From positions 3,917 through 67,916 of the forward strand of contig CADANC010000008.1 of NCBI GenBank assembly GCA_902789225.1: DNA of 64,000 bases. Direction: 5' to 3'. This document shows positions 30,841 through 38,296 of this stretch, one piece after another. A program made the position numbers and the translations under genes. The notes under the pieces are model-generated. The model made no database searches, was not told the DNA's origin, and saw only the letters and a list, made by a program, of their open reading frames with translations. This stretch comes from an uncultured Erysipelotrichaceae bacterium (GTDB lineage Bacteria > Bacillota_I > Bacilli_A > RF39 > UBA660). How positions within the stretch are numbered: the stretch's first letter is position 1; the number at the start of each line of letters is the position of its first letter.

Positions 30841-31842
30841 ATGAAGACAATTTTAACTGGTATTAGGCCAACTGGTAACTTACATTTAGGTCATTTATTT
30901 GGAGCTGGTCAAAATTGGGTTAAGTTACAAGATGACTATGATTTCTATTTAGAAATAGCAGATGTTCAAGCTTTAACTGATAATTTTAATGATCCTCAAA
31001 AAGTTAGAGATAACGTAGATAATATTGTTAAAGACTTATTATCTGTTGGAATAGATCCTCAAAAAGTACATATATTTATTCAATCTAGAATTCCTGAAAT
31101 AGCAGAATTAACTGTATTTTATTCTAATCTTGTAACTGTTGCGAGATTACAAAGAAATCCTACTGTTAAAACAGAAATTAGTCAAAAGAAAGAGTTATTT
31201 GGAAATGAAGGAGAATCTATTACTTATGGATTCTTAGGATATCCTGTTTCTCAAGCTGCTGATATAACTTGTTTTAATGGAGAGTTAGTTCCTGTAGGTG
31301 AAGATCAAGAACCACTTCTTGAACAATGCAGAGAAATAGTTAGAAAGTTTAATAATATATATGGTAATACATTAAATGAACCTGAAGGAATGTTTACTGA
31401 AACTAAGAGAGTTAAGGGATTAGATGGTAATGAAAAGATGGGTAAATCTTTAGGAAATGCTATATTCTTAGTAGATGATGAAGAAACTATTTCTAAAAAG
31501 ATTATGAATGCTGTAACTGATTCTAATAAGATTAGAAAAGATGATCCTGCTGATCCTGATAAATGTATGGTTTATTATTATCATAGATTAGTTAATAGTG
31601 ATGATAATCTTAAAACTATATGTAGTGAATGTAAGAAAGGTTCTCGTGGATGTGTTCAATGTAAAAAAGAACTTATTGCTAAAATGAATGAGTTCTTAGA
31701 ACCTATCAGAGAAAAGAGAAAATACTATGATGAACATCCTGATGAAGTAAAACAAATTCTAGATGAAGGAACTGAGGCTGCTAGAGAAGTTGCTAAAGAA
31801 CAAATGAAGAAAATAAAAAAGGCTATGATGATAGATTATTAA
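30841..31842 (+). CDS. trpS: Tryptophanyl-tRNA synthetase with a C-terminal Cys cluster
   Basis: 333 aa from the ATG at 30841 (RBS GAAAGGAAG; the ORF-track TTG at 30823 is rejected). HIGH motif TGNLHLGH, KMSKS variant KMGKS, and the cluster C-x18-C-x2-C-x6-C-x2-C near residues 242-274. Confidence 0.92.
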   Translation: MKTILTGIRPTGNLHLGHLFGAGQNWVKLQDDYDFYLEIADVQALTDNFNDPQKVRDNVDNIVKDLLSVGIDPQKVHIFIQSRIPEIAELTVFYSNLVTVARLQRNPTVKTEISQKKELFGNEGESITYGFLGYPVSQAADITCFNGELVPVGEDQEPLLEQCREIVRKFNNIYGNTLNEPEGMFTETKRVKGLDGNEKMGKSLGNAIFLVDDEETISKKIMNAVTDSNKIRKDDPADPDKCMVYYYHRLVNSDDNLKTICSECKKGSRGCVQCKKELIAKMNEFLEPIREKRKYYDEHPDEVKQILDEGTEAAREVAKEQMKKIKKAMMIDY

Positions 31843-32921
31843 TCATAGTCTTTTTCTTCTGTAGTTAAAGATTTCATATCTACTTTATTAATTGTTTCAA
31901 ATTTCTTAGATATTTTATTTGTAGTAATTGATACACTTTCTATATCTTTATTTACTGTTTCTATAGATCTAGTTAGTTTATCCCATCTTTCTTTATATCT
32001 AGAGAATTCTAAACCTAATTTATTTAATTCATCATGTATAATTTTTGCATATTTATCTTTTTCCATATTCATGATAATCATTTCTATTACTGTTAAAGTT
32101 GAAATTAGAGTTGTTGGTGATGTTATCCACACTTTTTTATTATATGCATAATTTATTATATCTTCATGATATGCATTTATTTCTGCAAATATTGCTTCTG
32201 CAGGTAAAAATAGTATTGCTTGATTAGATGTTTCTCCTGGAATAATATATTTTGAACTAATCGCATCAATATGTTTTTTCATATCCAATTTAAATAGTTT
32301 TTCTGCTTTTATTCTTTCTTCATTAGTTAGTTTTTTATCTACCATTAATTCATAATGTTCTAATGGGAATTTTGAATCTATTATGATTGTTCCTAGAGGT
32401 TCTGGAGCAAATACTACTGAATCTGCTATAGTACCATTTGATAATTTATATTGTAATCTATAAATGTTATCATTCTTTTCTCCAAATACATTACTTAATA
32501 TATGTGTTAGAGTAACTTCTCCATATATTCCTCTTGTCTTCTTATCAGTTAATATACTTTGTAGTGAAACAATATCAGTAGATAAAGTTTCTATTTTCTT
32601 TTGAGCTTCATCTATCTTAGATAATCTTTCTATAACATTCATAAATGTTTTATTAGTCTTTTCAAAATTTTGATCAAGTCGCTCATTTACTTTTTCATTG
32701 ATTGCTAGAAGTCTTCTTTCAATTGTTTCATTTAATTTATTAAAATTATCATTTTGATCTTTATTAATATCATTTTTAAATTCACCTAATTCTTTAGTTA
32801 AACTTAATTCTAATTTACCTAATCTTTCAGTTATATTTGATTCATTAATATTTTTCATTAATGAAATAATTACTAATATTATTAATATTACTAATAAGCC
32901 TATAATTATATAATCTATCAT
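31839..32921 (-). CDS. rmuC: DNA recombination protein RmuC
   Basis: 360 aa with an N-terminal TM segment, a coiled coil and a C-terminal nuclease-like core (IIDSKFPLE.Y, ILFLPAEAIFAEI). Confidence 0.85.
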   Translation of the reverse strand: MIDYIIIGLLVILIILVIISLMKNINESNITERLGKLELSLTKELGEFKNDINKDQNDNFNKLNETIERRLLAINEKVNERLDQNFEKTNKTFMNVIERLSKIDEAQKKIETLSTDIVSLQSILTDKKTRGIYGEVTLTHILSNVFGEKNDNIYRLQYKLSNGTIADSVVFAPEPLGTIIIDSKFPLEHYELMVDKKLTNEERIKAEKLFKLDMKKHIDAISSKYIIPGETSNQAILFLPAEAIFAEINAYHEDIINYAYNKKVWITSPTTLISTLTVIEMIIMNMEKDKYAKIIHDELNKLGLEFSRYKERWDKLTRSIETVNKDIESVSITTNKISKKFETINKVDMKSLTTEEKDYD

Positions 32922-32965
32922 TCTATCACCTAATTATATTATATACCGAACATTCTTTCTATACA

Positions 32966-32995
32966 ATAAAAAAGATTTGTTATTTTAACAAATCT
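32966..32995 (-). terminator. Putative rho-independent terminator upstream of rmuC
   Basis: Minus strand reads AGATTTGTT-AAAAT-AACAAATCT followed by TTTTTT. It overlaps the 3' end of the 74-aa ORF. Confidence 0.5.
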
Positions 32996-33204
32996 TTTGT
33001 AATCTTTAATGATAAGATTTTAATTATATTATCATCTTTAACTTTTACTAATTTTTTTCCTTTTAGATAACAAAACATGTACAGTTTAGGATTTAATTCA
33101 TCACATAATAAATAATATTCAATATCATTATGTTCAATAATAGATCCAACAACATACTTATTATTATTATCTAAAGTTATTAAATCATATAAATCTATTT
33201 TCAT
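32980..33204 (-). CDS. Small hypothetical protein
   Basis: 74-aa ORF with no motif. Confidence 0.4.
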   Translation of the reverse strand: MKIDLYDLITLDNNNKYVVGSIIEHNDIEYYLLCDELNPKLYMFCYLKGKKLVKVKDDNIIKILSLKITKDLLK

Positions 33205-33213
33205 TATAAATAC

Positions 33214-33501
33214 CTACTTTTTTAGATATTTTATTCTTTTATTAACATCTTTGATTTGATTAGCTGCCATTTTAGAAGAGACTCCAAACGTAATAGATAT
33301 TAATATGTGAGTTATTGCTACAGGTATTTTATCATTACTTACACAAATTATTCCAGATGTCATAGATAATGCTGAAGAAATGGCATATAAAGTAGATGTT
33401 GCTACAGCTAATTTCTTTTCTCTTTCAAGATTTTTCTCTATTCTAATTATTTCAAATTCTTCTTGATTTTTCATATTTTCACTCCACTCATATTGCTGCA
33501 T
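33214..33501 (-). CDS. Small two-TM membrane protein, paralog A
   Basis: 95 aa. It shares QEEFEI..I.K.LE.E.K.A and the C-terminal K.IK.LKK with the adjacent ORF. Confidence 0.5.
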   Translation of the reverse strand: MQQYEWSENMKNQEEFEIIRIEKNLEREKKLAVATSTLYAISSALSMTSGIICVSNDKIPVAITHILISITFGVSSKMAANQIKDVNKRIKYLKK

Positions 33502-33523
33502 TTATATCATTATTAATTATGAA

Positions 33524-33793
33524 TTATTTTTTTAATGATTTTATTTTTTCTTTAATATTATAACTTTTTTCCAACTCTATTCCAGATAGCGTTCCTGTAA
33601 GTATAGACAATGTTCCCATACCTATTGCGTGTGACATATTATGCTTATAAGCAAGTATTAATCCTGCAGTCATACATATTGGTGTTGCAATTTCTAATAA
33701 AGTATATTTAACTATAGCTTCTTTACTTTCTTTTTCAAGATCTTTCTGTATTTTTAGTATTTCAAATTCTTCTTGTTTTTCCATTTTCCCCAC
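33524..33793 (-). CDS. Small two-TM membrane protein, paralog B
   Basis: 89 aa. Tandem paralog of 33214-33501. An extended -10 (TGATATAAT) lies upstream. Confidence 0.5.
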   Translation of the reverse strand: MGKMEKQEEFEILKIQKDLEKESKEAIVKYTLLEIATPICMTAGLILAYKHNMSHAIGMGTLSILTGTLSGIELEKSYNIKEKIKSLKK

Positions 33794-33823
33794 CTCATAT
33801 TTCCGTGTATTATATCATTCAAA

Positions 33824-33848
33824 AGAAAAAAAGTCAATTTAATTGACT
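33824..33848 (-). terminator. Rho-independent terminator closing the Tad/T4SS locus
   Basis: Minus strand reads AGTCAATT-A-AATTGACT followed by TTTTTTT, immediately after the stop of the 422-aa ORF. Confidence 0.6.
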
Positions 33849-33849
33849 C

Positions 33850-35118
33850 TTATTTAATCTTATATGGTTTTTCGTATGTACCTTTTCCACTCTTGAAGTA
33901 TACATTTTCTTTTAAGTGAACTACAGGTCTAATATAACAACTATTTATAGCATGTTTTACTTCTATATTTCCATCTTCTGTTACTCCATATACATCATAT
34001 GTATTAGTTGAATCTCCTGTTGCTAGACAGAATTTATATTTATCTGTACCATTAATTCCTGATTTTAAATAGTTATAATTTTGACATGATTCACTTAAAG
34101 TATTAGTACAATTTACATCTAATGATGCATTCATATATTCACTAACTGTTAATAATCCTACGTATTGATTTTGTATTTTTTCAATACATTCTGTTTCATT
34201 ATTCTTTGAAGTATCTTCATGAGAACGTTTTCCTACACACATGTCAAATGGTGCTAATTTAGCCTTATTTGCTGCACTCATTACAGTTATTTCTCTAGAA
34301 TCTCTTTCTCTTTGATACTTTCCTTTAAATATTGTTTCTAATTTTTCTCTTACTCTACTATTTTGATATGAATTTATACCAATTTCATATCCTTTGTCAG
34401 TATTAAATCTATCATCCCAACTACTTTGTAAGTCTCTTATTCCTTCTGCAAATACTAAAGTAATTGTATTATCATTATTAATTCTAACTATTTGCCATAA
34501 ATAATCACCTAATTGTACGTAATTATTTACATTATCTCCTTTGAATACATATGCTCCATTTATTGCATATAAACCATATCCAGAAGTAACTATATTATCA
34601 TCATTAGCTACTACTTTATATAGTTCTGTTGTCACATAACTATCTCCACAATCTAGATATGGACTATATACATATTTACCAGCAGAATTTTCTACTGTTA
34701 CGTATGAAGTTCCACTATTACATGTAACATTTTCATCTGGTATTAATACTGAAAAATCTTTCATATATTCTTCATTTATTAAATTAGATGCAGGAATATC
34801 AATAATATCTCCTTCTTCAGGTAAGTATTCTGAATGGTCCTCCATATACTTTTCTCCTGCTTCTTTCATTATTTTTTCAACATCTGAAAATGATCTACTT
34901 CTTTTAGTAGTTAAAGATAAAACTAACATTATTAAGAAGAATAATACTAATAATACAGCAATTATTCCCATAAATTTTATTAATTGTTTTTTTAGTTCTG
35001 CATTTTGTTTCTTTTGTTGTTTTCTTCTTACCTCTTGTTCATCATCGTCATCATCTTCTATTATATCTTCTTCTTCAATTCTATCTACTTTTTTCCCTGT
35101 ATTAAAATTAATATTCAT
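33850..35118 (-). CDS. N-anchored Cys-containing surface protein, paralog of the 602-aa ORF
   Basis: 422 aa. An acidic/basic N-terminus and one TM segment are followed by modules shared with 57139-58947: ...YLDCG..., NNY(V/I).L...(W/F)(Q/R)I(V/I), and a C-terminal KSGKGTYEKPYKIK. Confidence 0.55.
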   Translation of the reverse strand: MNINFNTGKKVDRIEEEDIIEDDDDDEQEVRRKQQKKQNAELKKQLIKFMGIIAVLLVLFFLIMLVLSLTTKRSRSFSDVEKIMKEAGEKYMEDHSEYLPEEGDIIDIPASNLINEEYMKDFSVLIPDENVTCNSGTSYVTVENSAGKYVYSPYLDCGDSYVTTELYKVVANDDNIVTSGYGLYAINGAYVFKGDNVNNYVQLGDYLWQIVRINNDNTITLVFAEGIRDLQSSWDDRFNTDKGYEIGINSYQNSRVREKLETIFKGKYQRERDSREITVMSAANKAKLAPFDMCVGKRSHEDTSKNNETECIEKIQNQYVGLLTVSEYMNASLDVNCTNTLSESCQNYNYLKSGINGTDKYKFCLATGDSTNTYDVYGVTEDGNIEVKHAINSCYIRPVVHLKENVYFKSGKGTYEKPYKIK

Positions 35119-35126
35119 AATACCTC

Positions 35127-37433
35127 CTAATTATCAAAGAAATCATCAAAGAAATCATCGTCATCTTCTTCTTCATCTAATGTTAAATCTGGTTCTTTAA
35201 TCTCTTTTGCTATATTTGTATTTGTATTAGTTTTAATCTCATTTGTCTCAATCTTTGGAGCAGTTTGTTCGATTTGTACAGTTTCCTTTTTACTAGCTGT
35301 ACCACTTCTAGTTCTCGCTTTTGCTTCTCGTTCTTTTTCTTCTCTTTCTTCTCTTTCTAATTCAGCAATTTTTGCATCTATTTTTCTTACTAATTCATCT
35401 ACATCAAAATCATCATTGTCATCATCTTCAAATGAAGGCATTGGTTTTCTAATTGGTGGAGATGATACTCTATTTTCAGATGGTGTAGGAAATTGAATAT
35501 TTGGTCTGATAGGAGTCTCTTCTTCTTTCTTTGCAAATATTGGTCTTATTTCTTCACTAGGTCTTTCTGAAGTTGCGATAGGTGGTCCAAAATTACTTGG
35601 TAGATTACTTGGAAGTGGTCTTCTTGAACTCATTCCAGTTTGTCTTTCCATCATTGCTCTTGTTGAACCTGCTGTTCCATCTTTTCCTTCTTGTTTTTCT
35701 TTATTCATCATTTCAAGAAGTTTTTTCTTCTTAGTTTGTCTTACAAATTCTTTAATATCAAAAGTTTGTACTTTTCTCTTTTGTCTTGTTGGATATTCTG
35801 TTGGAGGATAATTATCTCCCCAGTCTAATTTAAAGTTTGGAGTAAAGTGTGTTTTAAATGGTTGTAATCTCGTACGTAATATAATTACATCGAATTGTTT
35901 CATTCTTTGTAAGTCAGATACTGTAACTAATGGAGTTGATGCTGTCTTATCATCTTTTTTAGATTTAACCTCTCCACACATTTTAGATATTTCTTCTAAA
36001 GCTTTAAGTTCTGTAGTTAACAAGTAAATTAAGTTACCACAGTTACCTCTTATAGTTTCTGCTTCTTCTTTACCATAAACTTGATCTAATTGAGCAAAGT
36101 TTTGAATTATCATTGTAAATCTAATATGTCTTGAACGAGCTGCTGTAATCATAGTTGTTACATCTTTTAATGGTGGCATGTTAGCAAACTCATCTAGTAA
36201 GAAGTTTGTTCTTATAGGTAAATGTCCACCATGTCTTTGAGCAACAGCAATTAAAGTTTCATAGATTTGTTTTAAAAGAATAGTTGCTAAAGCATGGTAT
36301 GTTTTCTTTTCATCTTGAATAACTATGAACACAGCTGTTTTCTTTTCTCCGATACTTTCTAAATTGATATCAGAGTATGATAACATCTCACTTAAGTTTT
36401 CACGAGATGCAAATAATTTTATTTTTTGTTTGAATACTGAAAGAATTGAATCCTTTGTTTCATCTGGTGCCATTATAGTAGCAGATGCATCTATAGCAGC
36501 TGCACTATTAGGATCTTTTTCAGCAAAGTATTCTTTTATGAATGTTGATCCACCAAACTTTTCCTCACCTACTGTAGTAGCAAGTGAAATTGAGTTAATA
36601 TTAATCTCTTCTGGCTTAGCATCTTCAAATAATCCTAGAGCAACTCCAGCAAAATAATCTGCTGCTGTTTTTTCCCAGAAAGGATCTGAATTCTTATTTG
36701 ATGAATCATACAATATATTTAAAGCTAAGTCATCTAATAACTCTATTGACTTATCTTGATTTCCTTTTTTATACAATTCATAAGGTAATGACATAGGGTT
36801 CCATGAATTACCTTTTTGAGGATCACGGAAGTTTAATACTAATACTTGGTATCCTCTTTTTCTAAGCATGGTTCCAGTTTCTTCATATATCTCACCTTTA
36901 GGGTCAGTTATAATCATACTTTCTCCATGTCTAGCTAGAATTTTTACTGTAGGAAAAATTACTGTTTGAGTTTTACCTGAACCAGTAGAACCTATAACTA
37001 ATGTGTGATATTCACCATTATCAACATATAATTTATCATCTTTAATAATTAAAGGAATTCCTGCAGCATTAGTTTTCTTATCATAGACATTTACTTCTGC
37101 TATTTTAGGATCACTTTTAATATCTTTTTCTTTTGCCCAACGAGAATAACCTTTAGATAGTTTTTCTGTAGTTAAACCTACTCCTTCTTCTCTTTCGAAA
37201 ATATATGATTTTACACTAAATAGTAATACTCCTAATGCTATAGCATAAATACCTAAAGTTATACCTATTTTCTCTGGCGCAAAAGCAGGGAACGGATTTA
37301 ATCCAGCTAATTCTGCATCACTTGCAAAAGCTGAAATATTAACAACTATTAAAGCAACTATATACAATAAGAATATAGCAAATACTCCAAATATTAATAA
37401 ATCGTCTGGATCTATACGCAATTTTAATTTCAT
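35127..37433 (-). CDS. Type IV coupling protein (VirD4/TraG/TcpA-like)
   Basis: 768 aa with two N-terminal TM segments, Walker A VIGSTGSGKTQT, TDPKGE, NSWNPM, Walker B FLLDEFANMP and RSRHIRFTMIIQNFAQL..YG...A..I.GNCGN. A ~200-aa disordered tail ends in EEEDDDDFFDDFFDN. Confidence 0.9.
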   Translation of the reverse strand: MKLKLRIDPDDLLIFGVFAIFLLYIVALIVVNISAFASDAELAGLNPFPAFAPEKIGITLGIYAIALGVLLFSVKSYIFEREEGVGLTTEKLSKGYSRWAKEKDIKSDPKIAEVNVYDKKTNAAGIPLIIKDDKLYVDNGEYHTLVIGSTGSGKTQTVIFPTVKILARHGESMIITDPKGEIYEETGTMLRKRGYQVLVLNFRDPQKGNSWNPMSLPYELYKKGNQDKSIELLDDLALNILYDSSNKNSDPFWEKTAADYFAGVALGLFEDAKPEEININSISLATTVGEEKFGGSTFIKEYFAEKDPNSAAAIDASATIMAPDETKDSILSVFKQKIKLFASRENLSEMLSYSDINLESIGEKKTAVFIVIQDEKKTYHALATILLKQIYETLIAVAQRHGGHLPIRTNFLLDEFANMPPLKDVTTMITAARSRHIRFTMIIQNFAQLDQVYGKEEAETIRGNCGNLIYLLTTELKALEEISKMCGEVKSKKDDKTASTPLVTVSDLQRMKQFDVIILRTRLQPFKTHFTPNFKLDWGDNYPPTEYPTRQKRKVQTFDIKEFVRQTKKKKLLEMMNKEKQEGKDGTAGSTRAMMERQTGMSSRRPLPSNLPSNFGPPIATSERPSEEIRPIFAKKEEETPIRPNIQFPTPSENRVSSPPIRKPMPSFEDDDNDDFDVDELVRKIDAKIAELEREEREEKEREAKARTRSGTASKKETVQIEQTAPKIETNEIKTNTNTNIAKEIKEPDLTLDEEEDDDDFFDDFFDN

Positions 37434-37483
37434 ATTTGTCTTCCCTTTCTATGTAATATTATATCTTAACTTTAATAAATAGT

Positions 37484-38287
37484 CTATTGATTAGAAACCA
37501 CAAGTTTAAATTCGTCAACCGAATTAACATGTTTAAATTTATATATATAATTTTTTTGTTGTCTAGCTGATAAACCTCCACAAGCAAAGATTATTTCTTG
37601 TTCTCCATCTAAGTCATAATCAAGAACTGCTCTCATGAAAGGTTTACATCCATCAGAATTTTCCATTTCTTGAATATCAGTAAATATACGATATATTTCT
37701 CCTTGTTTTTCCATGAAAACTATTGTGAAATTAAAGTTTTCTGGATTATCCAAAGGTAAGGAATTACTAATGAAATAAATATTTTCATCTTTTGAATCAT
37801 TATCTATGTCAATAGATACTACTTGATCGACTGTTAAATAAGATGCTTCTATTCCATAACTATCTAGTACTGCATTTACATAACTATAATCTACTATTTT
37901 TTTTGACTCAAAAGGTGTCAATTTAATTGATGTATCTGCTCTTAGAGCAATAAAATCTTCTGTTACTGTGACAGGCTTACGATGTTCTTCATCACCATCA
38001 AAAATATACCATTTATCATTATGCCACATGCTATAATTTCCTAATAGTTCATTGTTTTCATAAACATCATATTTTAACCAGTTTAATTTATCATATGTAG
38101 ATTCAAATTCTACATATGTCCAAAAACTACCATTATACGTAAATGTAGCATTATCTCCCATAATGATAGTTATTTGGTTATTAGTCTTATTAAATTTTTT
38201 TGTACCACCTAGTACTAGAAACATAATTAGAGCATAAACTGCTAGGACAACGAGCATTATAATTATTATTTTTTTATTTTTACTCAT
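37484..38287 (-). CDS. N-anchored extracytoplasmic protein of the T4SS module (candidate VirB8/TcpC-position protein)
   Basis: 267 aa with a single N-terminal TM segment. Its position between hydrolase and T4CP is the only basis. No motif is recognised. Confidence 0.35.
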   Translation of the reverse strand: MSKNKKIIIIMLVVLAVYALIMFLVLGGTKKFNKTNNQITIIMGDNATFTYNGSFWTYVEFESTYDKLNWLKYDVYENNELLGNYSMWHNDKWYIFDGDEEHRKPVTVTEDFIALRADTSIKLTPFESKKIVDYSYVNAVLDSYGIEASYLTVDQVVSIDIDNDSKDENIYFISNSLPLDNPENFNFTIVFMEKQGEIYRIFTDIQEMENSDGCKPFMRAVLDYDLDGEQEIIFACGGLSARQQKNYIYKFKHVNSVDEFKLVVSNQ

Positions 38288-38296
38288 AATGCCCTC

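Noticed and set aside
33214-33793. Holin/endolysin lysis cassette interpretation of the two small membrane proteins
   Set aside because: No adjacent endolysin or phage genes are present. The nearby hydrolase belongs to the T4SS operon and is separated from them by a terminator.
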